DNA of 41,893 nt from Clostridia bacterium (GTDB lineage Bacteria; Bacillota; Clostridia; Oscillospirales; Acutalibacteraceae). This document shows positions 18,175 through 28,792 of the stretch, in pieces. Where the stretch lies: the NCBI GenBank assembly GCA_017936045.1, contig JAGBGJ010000042.1, positions 1-41,893 of the forward strand. The letters are read 5' to 3'. A program made the translations under genes and the position numbers. The notes under the pieces are model-generated. The model had not been told where the DNA came from. It did no database searches and saw only the letters and a list, made by a program, of their open reading frames with translations. How positions within the stretch are numbered: the stretch's first letter is position 1; every line of letters begins with the position of its first letter.

Positions 18175-18220
18175 AAAAAATCCCTCTCTTTCTCAACATT
18201 AGTGTTAACAAAAGAGAGGG
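18175..18220 (-). terminator. Intrinsic terminator-like hairpin after proA; its 3' arm carries the SD of the small ORF
   Basis: The minus strand reads CCCTCTCTTT, a 19-nt loop, AAAGAGAGGG, then ATTTTTT followed directly by the ATG at 18174. Confidence 0.65.
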
Positions 18221-18256
18221 GTTTATTTTATAAAAAGTTTTCTAATTTTTAAAAAA

Positions 18257-19501
18257 TTATCTAATTTGACCGTTTCCGTTAATAATATACTTGTACGAGG
18301 TTATCTCACTTAGTCCCATAGGACCTCTTGCGTGGAGCTTTTGGGTTGAAATTCCGATTTCTGCACCAAGCCCAAACTCGCCGCCATCGGTAAAGCGGGT
18401 AGAAGCATTAACGTAAACTGCCGCCGAATCAACAGCCGATACAAAATAATTTGCATTATCACTGTTTTCGGTAATAATAACCTCGCTGTGGTGGGTTGAG
18501 TATTTGTCAATATGCTCTACCGCAGCATAAACATCATCAACAACCCTAACCGAAATGGTGTAGCCTAAAAATTCTTTTGCATAGTCCTCTTCGGTGGCTG
18601 GTACAGCGTAAGGGAGAATGTCGCAAACCTTTTGGCAGCCCTTAATTTCCACGCCGGCATTTTTTAGCTTTTCGCAAATTACGGGCAAAGCCTTTTGGGC
18701 AATATTTTTGTGTACAAGCAAGCTTTCAAGCGCATTGCAAACCGAAGGACGCTGAACCTTTCCGTTAAATACAATTTCCCTTGCCATATCTAAATCTGCA
18801 GATTCATCAACAAAAGCGTGGCAGTTTCCCGTTCCTGTTTCAATAACGGGTACGGTGGAGTTTTCCACCGCTGCGCGAATAAGTCCTGCGCCGCCGCGGG
18901 GAATAAGCACATCAACATAACCGTTTAAGGTCATAAGGTCGGTTGCAGACCTGCGCGAGGTATCGGTTACAAGCTGGATTAAATCCTTTGGAAGACCTGC
19001 CTTGCTAATAGCATTCCTCATAATTTCGGCGGTTTTCATATTGGAATTAATTGCTTCCTTTCCGCCGCGCAAAATAACTGCGCTGCCTGCCTTTAGGGCA
19101 ATTGCCGCCGCATCCGAGGTAACATTGGGCCTTGCCTCGTAAATAATGCCAATAACACCCATGGGAACGCTTATTTTTTTAATTTTAATGCCGTTTGGCC
19201 GTACTGTTTCATTTAAAACTATGCCAACGGGGTCCAAAAGCTCGCAAAGGGCCGAAACACCATCGGCCATACCTTTTATTCTGTCCTCATTCAATGTAAG
19301 TCGGTCAAGCATAGAGGGGCTCATACCGTTAGCCTTTGCAGTCTCAAGGTCTAGAGCATTTGCCCTAATAATTTCAGCCGAATGTTCGCAAAGGGCCTTT
19401 GCAATGGCTTTGAGTGCAGTGTTTTTAACTTCGCTTGAGGCTGTAACCAAAGCCTTGGAAGCGGATTTTGCCTTAATACCTAAATCAATTAATGAATTCA
19501 T
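18257..19501 (-). CDS. proA: Gamma-glutamyl phosphate reductase
   Basis: The length is the expected 414 aa. Recognisable blocks include VIGIIYEARPNVT, the NCHAFVDE/ACNA-type region and NASTRFTDGGEFG. Confidence 0.95.
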   Translation of the reverse strand: MNSLIDLGIKAKSASKALVTASSEVKNTALKAIAKALCEHSAEIIRANALDLETAKANGMSPSMLDRLTLNEDRIKGMADGVSALCELLDPVGIVLNETVRPNGIKIKKISVPMGVIGIIYEARPNVTSDAAAIALKAGSAVILRGGKEAINSNMKTAEIMRNAISKAGLPKDLIQLVTDTSRRSATDLMTLNGYVDVLIPRGGAGLIRAAVENSTVPVIETGTGNCHAFVDESADLDMAREIVFNGKVQRPSVCNALESLLVHKNIAQKALPVICEKLKNAGVEIKGCQKVCDILPYAVPATEEDYAKEFLGYTISVRVVDDVYAAVEHIDKYSTHHSEVIITENSDNANYFVSAVDSAAVYVNASTRFTDGGEFGLGAEIGISTQKLHARGPMGLSEITSYKYIINGNGQIR

Positions 19502-19503
19502 AA

Positions 19504-20295
19504 CTATTTTACCTTTATATGTGTTCCAACGGTGTGCCCATCAAACAAATCAAAAATCTTTTTGGGGTTATCGCCCGACATAATAATGGTTTCAATACCG
19601 TGCTCACCCGCAAATTTTGCAGCCTCCAGCTTGGTTCTCATTCCGCCTGTGCCGCGGTTTGTACCGTTGCCGCCTGCCGATTCAATCATTTCATCGGTAA
19701 TGCAGTCCATCTTATGTATAAGGTGCGCATCGGGGTTTTCTCTTGGGTCATCGCTGTAATAACCATCAATATCGGTAAGAATAATAAGGCCCTCTGCCTC
19801 GGTAAGAGCGGCAACGATGGCCGAAAGATTATCATTATCGCCGAATACAAGCTCCTCAACCGATACCGAGTCGTTTTCATTAACAATGGGGATAGCTCCA
19901 AAATCAAGCAGAGCTCTGAAGGTGTTGATAATGTTTGTCTTGCGGTCCTCATGTTCAATAACATCGCGGTTAAGCAGTATTTGTGCCGAAACATAGCCGT
20001 ATTCGGCAAAATTTCGGTCGTAAATGCTCATAAGGTCGCATTGGCCAACAGCAGCCGCAGCCTGCTTACCCTTGGTATCACTTGGGCGGCAGGGGAGGCG
20101 AAGTCTGTTAACACCAACTGCAACCGCGCCCGAAGACACAATAATAACCTCTATATCACGGTTTTTAAGGTCGGAAACAACTCTGCACAGCTGTTCAATA
20201 TGGCGGAGGTTAGGCTTGCCGTTTTCATAGGTCAGGGTAGAGGAACCAACCTTAATAACTATTCTTTTAAAATCTTTAAAATCCATTTTAAGCAC
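19504..20295 (-). CDS. proB: Glutamate 5-kinase (short form without PUA domain)
   Basis: Blocks RIVIKVGSSTLT, VIIVSSGAVAVG and FGDNDNLSA are present. The gene lies 2 nt upstream of proA. Confidence 0.95.
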   Translation of the reverse strand: MLKMDFKDFKRIVIKVGSSTLTYENGKPNLRHIEQLCRVVSDLKNRDIEVIIVSSGAVAVGVNRLRLPCRPSDTKGKQAAAAVGQCDLMSIYDRNFAEYGYVSAQILLNRDVIEHEDRKTNIINTFRALLDFGAIPIVNENDSVSVEELVFGDNDNLSAIVAALTEAEGLIILTDIDGYYSDDPRENPDAHLIHKMDCITDEMIESAGGNGTNRGTGGMRTKLEAAKFAGEHGIETIIMSGDNPKKIFDLFDGHTVGTHIKVK

Positions 20296-20424
20296 CCCTT
20301 TTAAAAGAGTATAACACTTTTTTCTCTTATTTACAATTTATACTTTATTTTTTAATAAATTTCAAGTATAATGTATTATATATTTGCTATAAATCAGCAA
20401 AAAATGTTTCCAAGAGGTAATATA

Positions 20425-23145
20425 ATGAGTATGTTAACCAGACTTTTCGGAAATTACAGCGAAAAGGAAATTAAAAGAATAAAGCATTTGCAGCAGGCCG
20501 TGCTCGATTTTGAAGAAGAATACCGTGCCTTAAGCGATGAGGAACTTCAGCATAAAACGGTTGATTTTAAAAACCGCTACGCAAACGGAGAAACGCTAGA
20601 CAGCCTTTTACCCGAAGCCTTTGCCGCCTGCCGCGAAGCATCCGACCGCGTGCTTGGTATGCGCCATTTCCCCGTGCAAATTATCGGTGGTATTATCCTT
20701 CATCAGGGTCGTATCAGCGAAATGAAAACGGGCGAAGGTAAAACCTTGGTTGCAACCCTGCCGGCCTACCTTAATGCCATTTCGGGCAAGGGTGTTCACA
20801 TTGTAACCGTTAACGATTACCTTGCCAAGCGCGACAGCGAATGGATGGGCAAGCTTTACCGCTTTATGGGGCTCACAGTAGGTCTTATTGTCCACGGAAT
20901 GAACGGCACCCAAAAGCGCGAGGCCTATAATGCCGATATAACCTACTGCACCAATAACGAGCTCGGCTTCGATTACCTGCGCGACAATATGGTAATCTAT
21001 AAGGAAGAGCGCGTTCAAAGGGGCTTTAATTTCGCCATTGTCGATGAGGTGGACTCTATCTTAATCGATGAAGCAAGAACCCCACTTATCATTTCGGGTC
21101 AGGGCGAAGCCTCTACCGAGCTTTACACAAAGGCAAACCGCTTTGCAAGGGGTCTTAGGTGTGTTAAGGTTAAGGAAACCAACGATAAGCAGTCAGATGA
21201 AGAGCAAAACTTCGATGGCGACTATGTTGTAGATGAAAAGGCAAAAACCTGCGTGCTAACCCCGGCAGGCGTTAAAAAGGCCGAGGAATACTTTGGCCTT
21301 GAAAACCTTAACGATGCCGACAATATAACAATTTCCCACCACATTCAGCAGGCCATTCGTGCCCACGGTATTATGCGCCGCGATGTTGACTATGTTGTTA
21401 AAGATGGCGAGGTTATAATTGTAGATGAATTCACCGGCCGCCTTATGTTTGGCCGCCGTTATAACGAAGGTCTGCATCAGGCAATAGAGGCAAAGGAAGG
21501 TGTAACCGTTGCCCACGAATCCAAAACCTTGGCATCCATTACCTTCCAGAACTTCTTCCGTTTATACAGCAAGCTTTCGGGTATGACGGGTACCGCTATG
21601 ACCGAAGAGAGTGAATTCAGGGAAATTTATAAGCTCGATGTTATTGAAATTCCTACCAATAAGCCGGTTATAAGAACCGATGAACCCGATGTTGTTTACA
21701 AAACCGAAAGGGCTAAATTTGCCGCCGTTGTAGATGCAGTTGCAGAATGCAACCAAAAGGGTCAACCGGTGCTGGTTGGTACAGTTACCATCGAAAAATC
21801 CGAAATTTTAAGCAATATGCTTAAGCGCAGGGGCATTGCCCATAATGTGCTTAATGCAAAACACCACGAAAAGGAAGCCGAAATCATTGCGCAGGCAGGT
21901 AAGTTCGGCGCTGTTACCATCGCCACCAATATGGCAGGCCGTGGTACCGATATTATGCTTGGCGGTAATGCCGAATATTTAGCAAAGTCCGAGCTTAAAC
22001 ACCGCGGCTATTCCGATGAGGTTATTGCCGAAGCCACAGGCTATGGCGAAACAGCCGATGACACCATACTTAGCGCCCGCAAAGAATTTTCCGAGCTTAA
22101 CGCTCAGTTTAAGGCCCAAATTGCACCCGAAGCCGAAAAGGTAAGGCAGGCAGGCGGACTTTTCATAATTGGTACCGAACGCCACGAATCGCGCCGTATA
22201 GACAACCAGCTTCGCGGCCGTGCAGGCCGACAAGGGGACCCTGGTACAACCCGCTTTTACGTATCCCTTGAAGACGACCTTATGCGACTCTTCGGTGGCG
22301 AGCGTATGACCGCCATTATGAACACCCTTAATGTAGATGAAAATATGCCGCTTCAAAACGGTATGCTTTCCAAAACTATTGAATCGGCTCAGGGCAAAAT
22401 AGAGGCAAGAAACTTTGCAATCCGTAAAACCGTTTTGGAATACGATGATGTTATGAACCGCCAAAGAGAGCTTATCTATTCCCAGCGTAATCAGGTGCTC
22501 GATGGCGAGGATATACACGAAACTGTCGGCAAAATGATAAACGGATTTATCGAAAACGAGGTTAAGCACTACTGCGCCGAGGAGGTTGCAGATGACTGGA
22601 ATCTTGATGGCCTCCGCGAAACCTTCGGCTGGCTTTTAAAGCAGGGCGACCTTGTGTATACAAAGGAAGAGTTCCAGTCTCTCGAGGAAGAGGATGTTTT
22701 AAACACCATAAAGCAAAGGGCTGCCGAGCTTTATGCCGCAAGGGAAGCCGAATATTCAAGCGAGGTTATGCGCGAGCTTGAAAGGGTAATGCTGCTTAAG
22801 AGCGTAGATATTAACTGGATGGAGCATATCGATGCTATGGACCAGTTAAAGCAGGGCATTAACCTTCGCGCCTATGGTCAGCACAACCCTGTTATAGAGT
22901 ACCGTAACGAGGGCTTTGATATGTTCTCTGCTATGACAGATGCCATTCGCGAGCAAACCGCGCGCGCCGTTTTAACCGTTAGAATTCGTAAGGATGAAGA
23001 GGTTAAAAGGGAAAAGGTTGCACAGGAAACCTCTACGGGAGACAGCAAAACAGTAAGAGGTAAGGGCGTTGTAAGCAAGAATGCATTTTGCCCCTGCGGA
23101 AGCGGTAAAAAATACAAACGCTGCTGCGGAAAAGATATAGATTAA
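20425..23145 (+). CDS. secA: Preprotein translocase ATPase SecA
   Basis: AGAGG lies 8 nt before ATG 20425, giving MSMLTRLFG. The Walker A-like region [33 protein letters not shown] and the C-terminal zinc motif [14 protein letters not shown] are present. Confidence 0.97.
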   Translation: MSMLTRLFGNYSEKEIKRIKHLQQAVLDFEEEYRALSDEELQHKTVDFKNRYANGETLDSLLPEAFAACREASDRVLGMRHFPVQIIGGIILHQGRISEMKTGEGKTLVATLPAYLNAISGKGVHIVTVNDYLAKRDSEWMGKLYRFMGLTVGLIVHGMNGTQKREAYNADITYCTNNELGFDYLRDNMVIYKEERVQRGFNFAIVDEVDSILIDEARTPLIISGQGEASTELYTKANRFARGLRCVKVKETNDKQSDEEQNFDGDYVVDEKAKTCVLTPAGVKKAEEYFGLENLNDADNITISHHIQQAIRAHGIMRRDVDYVVKDGEVIIVDEFTGRLMFGRRYNEGLHQAIEAKEGVTVAHESKTLASITFQNFFRLYSKLSGMTGTAMTEESEFREIYKLDVIEIPTNKPVIRTDEPDVVYKTERAKFAAVVDAVAECNQKGQPVLVGTVTIEKSEILSNMLKRRGIAHNVLNAKHHEKEAEIIAQAGKFGAVTIATNMAGRGTDIMLGGNAEYLAKSELKHRGYSDEVIAEATGYGETADDTILSARKEFSELNAQFKAQIAPEAEKVRQAGGLFIIGTERHESRRIDNQLRGRAGRQGDPGTTRFYVSLEDDLMRLFGGERMTAIMNTLNVDENMPLQNGMLSKTIESAQGKIEARNFAIRKTVLEYDDVMNRQRELIYSQRNQVLDGEDIHETVGKMINGFIENEVKHYCAEEVADDWNLDGLRETFGWLLKQGDLVYTKEEFQSLEEEDVLNTIKQRAAELYAAREAEYSSEVMRELERVMLLKSVDINWMEHIDAMDQLKQGINLRAYGQHNPVIEYRNEGFDMFSAMTDAIREQTARAVLTVRIRKDEEVKREKVAQETSTGDSKTVRGKGVVSKNAFCPCGSGKKYKRCCGKDID

Positions 23146-23150
23146 AATTT

Positions 23151-23187
23151 AAACCCCCGATAGAAAATCTATCGGGGGTTGTTTTGT
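23151..23187. terminator. Bidirectional intrinsic terminator between convergent genes
   Basis: The hairpin CCCCCGATAG aaaat CTATCGGGGG is followed by TTGTTTTGTTT and preceded by an A-rich run. Confidence 0.85.
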
Positions 23188-23868
23188 TTATTCTTCTGCT
23201 TCATTGCTGCCGGTTAAAAATTTAATTGCTCTTTCGGGTGAATCTTTTGAATTGCCCCAAGGCTCATCTTTAAATCTGTAATCAAATTTTTTACAAAACC
23301 AGCTTACATCGGCTTGTAGCGTTTCAAGGTAATCTGCGTTAACCTTTTGTACCAAAGCCTCAAAATCGGCATATTTTCTTTTGTTAAGCACACCCTTGCC
23401 TGCAGTTAAAAATTTGTGGTAATGGTGCATGCAAAAATAACTTTGATTTCTTGTTTTTTCTTCAAAGGCTTTATCCTTATCATAAAGCCAGACTGCCGTT
23501 TCAAACATTTTATCAAAATTATTATTAATTCTGGAACAAACATAACAGCTGTCGTTTATTTTACCTATTTTCTTAAGGCCGTTAACACCGCTTGCCTCCT
23601 TCTTAAGGTGGTCCAGATGGCTTTCAAGCATAAGGGCAAGGCCAAGTCGGTTTTTCCTTTTAAGCATCATTGTAAAATGCTTGTTACAAAAGCCCATTTC
23701 GTTTGTTTTAATGCGTATATCGGGCTCCATCATTGATGCGCCAAGAATAATCTCAAGCTCCTTTTTCTCAAGGCAACGGTACATTTCACAAAAGGGGCAG
23801 CCCTTTTCCTTGTCTTCGGCACAGGCATCAAAAGCCTCATTAACGGGTATAGTATATATTTTTTCCAT
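23188..23868 (-). CDS. Hypothetical Cys/His-rich protein with a duplicated CxxC...CxxH module (probable metal-binding)
   Basis: AAGAGG lies 6-7 nt before ATG 23868, giving MEKIYTIPV. The first motif pair is CPFC (C24, C27) with FCNKH (C61, H64). The second pair is CYVC (C108, C111) with FCMHH (C146, H149). I do not confidently recognise a named family. Confidence 0.7.
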   Translation of the reverse strand: MEKIYTIPVNEAFDACAEDKEKGCPFCEMYRCLEKKELEIILGASMMEPDIRIKTNEMGFCNKHFTMMLKRKNRLGLALMLESHLDHLKKEASGVNGLKKIGKINDSCYVCSRINNNFDKMFETAVWLYDKDKAFEEKTRNQSYFCMHHYHKFLTAGKGVLNKRKYADFEALVQKVNADYLETLQADVSWFCKKFDYRFKDEPWGNSKDSPERAIKFLTGSNEAEE

Positions 23869-23878
23869 ACAAAACCTC

Positions 23879-24808
23879 TTAGAATAATTGTGCCAGCGCA
23901 ACTATGGCCGACATAGTTAGAATAGATAAAAGGGTTGAAAAGGCAACCAGCTTAACCGACAGCTCGGTATCGCGCTCATATTTAACCGAAAATACGGTGG
24001 TTACCGCCGCCACAGGGGCGCTGGCCGCAATAATCAGCGAGATAAGTATTGTTCCGCGAAGCCCAAGGGCAAGCAGTACAAACAAAGCGGTAAGCGGAAC
24101 CAGTATAAGCCTTAAGGCCGAAACTAAATAAACACGCTTATCCTTAAGGGCCGAAAGTATATTACTTCTGGCCAGGTTAAAGCCAATTACCATCATTGCA
24201 ATAGGGGTGTTAAGCGCCGCCATTCCCGAAATAGCCGAAGAAATGGGGGTGGGCAGCTTTACAGAAAAGATAAAGAGTATAAAGCCTATGGTAACCGCTA
24301 TAATTCCGGGGTTAAGTATAAGCTTTCTAAGCGACATTTGACTGTTCTTGCCGCCCATACAAATAATACCGTAGGTCCAAACAAAAACGTTGAACATGGC
24401 AACACAAACCGAACCATAAAAGACACCCTCATTACCAAGCACCGCTTTTTGAAGTGGTATTCCCATATAACCGACATTGGAAAACACCAGTGCAAAGCGC
24501 ATAACAAGTCGGCTTTTTTCTTCGCCGCCACGGAAGACCAATGTGGCAATCACGGCACACACAATTTGTATAGATAAATAGGCAACAACGCAAATAATAA
24601 TTCCACGGAATTTGGTTTTGTCAAAGGAAATATTAAGTGAATTGATAATAAGGCAGGGGGTAACAAAGTTAAGAAGAATATCGCTCATAACCTTGGAGCC
24701 CTCTTCGGTTATAAATCTTCGCTTTTCGCCAATAAAGCCAAAGCCCATAAACACGAAAAGAATAAGCACCTGTATAAATACAGTGTAAAAATTATTTAAA
24801 AAGGTCAT
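23879..24808 (-). CDS. AEC-family transporter (auxin efflux carrier / malate permease-like)
   Basis: About 10 TM segments are present. The N-terminus FIQVLILFVFMGFGFIGEKRRFITEEGSKVMSDILLNFVTPCLI is typical of the AEC family. Confidence 0.85.
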   Translation of the reverse strand: MTFLNNFYTVFIQVLILFVFMGFGFIGEKRRFITEEGSKVMSDILLNFVTPCLIINSLNISFDKTKFRGIIICVVAYLSIQIVCAVIATLVFRGGEEKSRLVMRFALVFSNVGYMGIPLQKAVLGNEGVFYGSVCVAMFNVFVWTYGIICMGGKNSQMSLRKLILNPGIIAVTIGFILFIFSVKLPTPISSAISGMAALNTPIAMMVIGFNLARSNILSALKDKRVYLVSALRLILVPLTALFVLLALGLRGTILISLIIAASAPVAAVTTVFSVKYERDTELSVKLVAFSTLLSILTMSAIVALAQLF

Positions 24809-24809
24809 A

Positions 24810-26297
24810 TTATTTTACAGTTTCAAGGAAGCGTATAAAGGCTTTCTTACCTTCATCGTTTCTGGCATATACGCCTGCGTGCTCAAGGCACTTTTCAAAA
24901 ACCTTGCCCGTTTCAAGCTTAATAATATCAAGTGCATTCTCTTTTGTAAGGCTGTAGTTCTTTGCAATTTCATAAGCCCACTCGGCATGAGCGGCTGTAA
25001 GGGGACTCTTATAAAGGTCTTCTCCGCTTAAAAGCCCATCGGCAACAGCAGCAAGCTCTACCTTAAGGCGAGCAGGAAGAACGGCCAGGCCCATAACCTC
25101 AATAAGTCCGATGTTTTCCTTCTTTATGTGGTGAAGCTCGGCATGAGGATGGTATACTCCTGCAGGATGCTCATCGGTTGTAATGTTGTTTCTAAGCACT
25201 AAATCAAGCTCATAGTTTTCGCCGTTTTTCCTAGCAATGGGTGTAATGGTGTTGTGTGGGGTATCGCCCGAAAAAGCAAAAACAAACGCAGCTTCATCGG
25301 TGTAACCGCGCCAAGCGGCTAAAATCTTATCGGCAAGAAGACAAATACGCTCAATTTCCTTGCCGCTAAGTCTAATAACAGACATAGGCCACTTAACAAT
25401 ACCTGCTTTAACATCGCTAAAACCATCAAAAGCAAACTCGGTTTCAATAGGTGCCTTTGCCATAGCAAAGGTGTAGCCGCCACCCTGAAAATGGTCGTGG
25501 GTAAGAATAGAACCGCCAACAATGGGAAGGTCGGCATTAGAGCCAACAAAATAGTGGGGGAACTTTTCCACAAAGCTTAAAAGCTTTCTGAAGGTGCCGG
25601 GGTTTATAGACATGGGGTTGTGTCCGCTGTCGAAAACAATGCAGTGCTCGTTATAGTAAACATAAGGGGAATACTGCATACACCAGGGCTTATTATCAAT
25701 GGTTATGGGAATAATCCTGTGGTTTTGGCGTGCAGGATGATTTACTCTGCCGGCATAACCCTCATTTTCCTTGCAAAGCTGGCATTTAGGGTAACTTGAT
25801 TGTGCAGCGTTTTTCGCCGCAGCAATAGCCTTAGGGTCCTTTTCGGGCTTTGAAAGGTTAATTGTAATATCCATAACGCCGTAATCGGTGTCAAGGGTCC
25901 ATTTCATATCCTTTGCAACCCTGTAGCGGCGGATATAATCGGTATCTCCGCTAAGTTTATAATACCAATCGGTAGCGGCTGCAGGGTCCTTATCGTAAAG
26001 CTCAAAGAACTTCTTTTGAACAGCCGATGGTCTTGGGGTTAAAATACCCATAAGCTTTGTATCAAAAAGGTCGCGGTAAACAATGCTGTCTTCAATAATG
26101 CCTTTTTCCACAGCGTAATCTAAAATACCGCCTAAAATATCCTCCAGTTCGGCTTCGGGTGTGGCTTCAGGCTCGGTATAATCATCAAGCTGAAGCGCAT
26201 CTAAAAGCTGATTTGTTATGTACACCTTATCTGCATCTTCAATAAGCGCAGTTTTAAGAGCGTAATTTACAAGTTGAGCAATTTTTAAGTTTATCAT
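24810..26297 (-). CDS. galT: UDP-glucose--hexose-1-phosphate uridylyltransferase (type 2, Firmicutes-type GalT)
   Basis: GAGGAG lies 7 nt before ATG 26297, giving MINLKIAQLVNYAL. The blocks CQLCKENEGY, YYNEHCIVF and GGSILTHDHFQGG are characteristic of ~490-aa GalT family 2. Confidence 0.9.
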   Translation of the reverse strand: MINLKIAQLVNYALKTALIEDADKVYITNQLLDALQLDDYTEPEATPEAELEDILGGILDYAVEKGIIEDSIVYRDLFDTKLMGILTPRPSAVQKKFFELYDKDPAAATDWYYKLSGDTDYIRRYRVAKDMKWTLDTDYGVMDITINLSKPEKDPKAIAAAKNAAQSSYPKCQLCKENEGYAGRVNHPARQNHRIIPITIDNKPWCMQYSPYVYYNEHCIVFDSGHNPMSINPGTFRKLLSFVEKFPHYFVGSNADLPIVGGSILTHDHFQGGGYTFAMAKAPIETEFAFDGFSDVKAGIVKWPMSVIRLSGKEIERICLLADKILAAWRGYTDEAAFVFAFSGDTPHNTITPIARKNGENYELDLVLRNNITTDEHPAGVYHPHAELHHIKKENIGLIEVMGLAVLPARLKVELAAVADGLLSGEDLYKSPLTAAHAEWAYEIAKNYSLTKENALDIIKLETGKVFEKCLEHAGVYARNDEGKKAFIRFLETVK

Positions 26298-26399
26298 TTG
26301 AACTCTCCTCAAAATCATAATTTACTTAATTATATATTTATTTGTCTTTTTAGTCAATACAACTGGTGTAAAAATATGTCAAACTATCACCCCTATTAC

Positions 26400-26428
26400 T
26401 TGTAATATTGAAAAAAATGTGTTAAAAT
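26400..26428 (+). promoter_or_regulatory. sigma-A type promoter of tyrA-pncB
   Basis: The sequence is TTGTAA, a 17-nt spacer, then TAAAAT with an extended TGt. Confidence 0.5.
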
Positions 26429-26459
26429 AATCACAATCAAAGTTCAAAGGTGATAAACA

Positions 26460-27329
26460 ATGCAAAAAGTAGCGGTAATCGGTCTTGGTATAATGGGTGG
26501 CTCCATTGTAAAAGCTCTTAAAAAATCGGGCAAATATTATGTAATCGGATATAATCGAACCACCGATATCAGCCAGCGCGCTTTGGCCGATAAAGCAGTA
26601 GATGAAATTTGGGATGGCGCATCTCCGCTAGATGCCGACATAACCGTTTTAGCGGTTAACCCCAATGTTACATACGACCTCTTTAAAACTCTGCCCACGC
26701 TTCTTAAAAAGGGAAGCATATTAACCGATATTTGCGGCGTTAAGGCAGAGCTTGTAAAAAAGGGCGAAGCGGTAGGACGGGAATATGGCGTTCACTTCAT
26801 TGGCGGGCACCCCATGGCAGGTAGAGAAAGAAGCGGATACGACTATTCCACCGAAGACCTCTTCTTTAACCGCAGTTATATCTTTACCGAAACGGTAAAT
26901 ACCAATAAAGAAGCACTTAACATACTTTCGCAAATGGCACTGGATATCGGCTGTAGTGATGTAACAATAACATCCCCCGAATATCACGATAAAATGATAG
27001 CCTATACCTCTCAGATACCCCACATTCTTGCAGGCGCATATATGAACTCCCCTACAAGCGCAACCCATAAGGGTTATTCGGCAGGCAGCTATCACGATGT
27101 GTCCCGTGTTGCCAGTGTAGATGAAAACCTGTGGTCGCAGCTTTTCCTTCAAAATAAAGAAAATCTGCTTTATGAGATAGATATTCTTATAAGAAACCTT
27201 CAAGATTATAAAGAAGCGGTCACCCGTAATGATAGCAGCCGCCTTTCGGGCATTATCAAAACGGGCCGCATCTTAAAAGAACGCGATATTATTATAAACG
27301 GTCAGGAAAAACCGCATAAGTTTGGATAA
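26460..27329 (+). CDS. tyrA: Prephenate dehydrogenase
   Basis: The N-terminal Rossmann motif is VAVIGLGIMGGS. FIGGHPMAGRERSG and the C-terminal PDH domain are present. Confidence 0.85.
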   Translation: MQKVAVIGLGIMGGSIVKALKKSGKYYVIGYNRTTDISQRALADKAVDEIWDGASPLDADITVLAVNPNVTYDLFKTLPTLLKKGSILTDICGVKAELVKKGEAVGREYGVHFIGGHPMAGRERSGYDYSTEDLFFNRSYIFTETVNTNKEALNILSQMALDIGCSDVTITSPEYHDKMIAYTSQIPHILAGAYMNSPTSATHKGYSAGSYHDVSRVASVDENLWSQLFLQNKENLLYEIDILIRNLQDYKEAVTRNDSSRLSGIIKTGRILKERDIIINGQEKPHKFG

Positions 27330-27351
27330 CCCGAATAGAATGGAGTTAAAA

Positions 27352-28791
27352 ATGAGGAAACATAACCTTTCAATGCTTTTAGACCTTTATGAAATGACAA
27401 TGGCTAACGGTATTTTTCAAAGCGATATGAGAGATACCGTAACATATTTCGATATGTTCTTCCGCCGCGTGCCCGATAACGGCGGTTATGCCATAATGGC
27501 AGGTCTTGAACAGCTTATCGAATATTTTAACAACCTGCACTTTACCGGAGATGATATAAACTATCTTCGTTCGCTAAACCTCTTTTGCGATGAATTTTTA
27601 GATTATCTTAAAGACTTTGAATTTGCATGCGATGTTTGGGCTGTACCCGAAGGCACACCCATTTTCCCAATGGAGCCTATCGTAACAGTACGCGGCCCCG
27701 CAATGCAGGCCTTTATTGTAGAAACAATGGTGCTTTTAACCATTAACCATCAGTCCCTTATTGCAACCAAGGCCAACCGTATTTGCTCGGTTGCAGGTGC
27801 AAGGCCGGTAATGGAATTCGGTGCACGCCGTGCCCACGGGTACGATGCCGCTTACTACGGTGCTCGTGCTGCAATTATCGGCGGTGCGCTGGGTACATCT
27901 AACGTTAAAACCGCACAGGATTTTGGCGTACCCGTTTCGGGAACAATGGCTCACAGCTGGGTTCAGCTTTACCCCGATGAGTATACTGCCTTTAAAACCT
28001 ATGCCGAAAAATACCCCGATAGCTGTACTCTGCTTATTGATACCTTCAATGTTTTAAAGTCGGGCCTTCCCAATGCAATCCGCTGTTTTGATGAGGTGTT
28101 AAAGCCTCTCGGTTGCCGCCCCAAGGGGGTTAGAATTGATAGCGGAGATATTGCGTATCTTTCTAAAAAAATCCGCAAGGCGCTTGATGATGCAGGCTAC
28201 CCCGACTGCGCAATAGTTGTTTCCAACTCTCTGGATGAACACCTTATTAAGGAGCTTGATAACCAGGGAGCAAAGATTTCTTCCTTCGGTGTTGGCGAAC
28301 GCCTTATTACCGCATCAAGCGAGGCCGTTTTCGGCGGAGTATATAAGCTGGCCGCCGTTGAACATCCCGACGGAACAATTATTCCTAAAATTAAAATCAG
28401 TGAAAATATTGCAAAAATCACACTTCCCGGTGTTAAAATCCCGTGGCGACTTTACGATAACGAAACAGGCAAAGCCTTGGCCGATGTTATTTGTATGAAT
28501 TACGAGAAAATTGGTGATACTAAACCGTACGAGATTTTCGACCCCGTTCATACCTGGAAAAGAAAAACCATTACCAATTTTATAGCTAAAAAGCTTCAAA
28601 TTAAAATTGTGGAAAACGGTAAGCAGGTATACACCTCGCCCTCGGTTAAGGAAATTTCCAAATATCGTAAGCAGTGTGTAGATAATCTTTGGGATGAGGT
28701 TAAGCGTTTCGAAAACCCCCACACCTACTATGTCGACCTGTCTCAGGAACTTTGGGATTTAAGAGAAAAACTTTTAAAGGAGAAGCAGTAA
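27352..28791 (+). CDS. pncB: Nicotinate phosphoribosyltransferase
   Basis: The sequence MRKHNLSMLLDLYEMTMANGIF..., GTMAHSWV and the phosphoribosyl-binding region are present. I prefer ATG 27352 (GGAG 7 nt upstream). The alternatives ATG 27340 and TTG 27322 overlap the tyrA stop. Confidence 0.9.
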   Translation: MRKHNLSMLLDLYEMTMANGIFQSDMRDTVTYFDMFFRRVPDNGGYAIMAGLEQLIEYFNNLHFTGDDINYLRSLNLFCDEFLDYLKDFEFACDVWAVPEGTPIFPMEPIVTVRGPAMQAFIVETMVLLTINHQSLIATKANRICSVAGARPVMEFGARRAHGYDAAYYGARAAIIGGALGTSNVKTAQDFGVPVSGTMAHSWVQLYPDEYTAFKTYAEKYPDSCTLLIDTFNVLKSGLPNAIRCFDEVLKPLGCRPKGVRIDSGDIAYLSKKIRKALDDAGYPDCAIVVSNSLDEHLIKELDNQGAKISSFGVGERLITASSEAVFGGVYKLAAVEHPDGTIIPKIKISENIAKITLPGVKIPWRLYDNETGKALADVICMNYEKIGDTKPYEIFDPVHTWKRKTITNFIAKKLQIKIVENGKQVYTSPSVKEISKYRKQCVDNLWDEVKRFENPHTYYVDLSQELWDLREKLLKEKQ

Positions 28792-28792
28792 T

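Noticed and set aside
19519-20304. A 261-aa plus-strand ORF covering the whole proB region.
   Set aside because: It is antisense to a clearly recognisable glutamate 5-kinase. Its translation is low-complexity (many N, I, F, R) with no motifs and no RBS. It is a typical shadow ORF.
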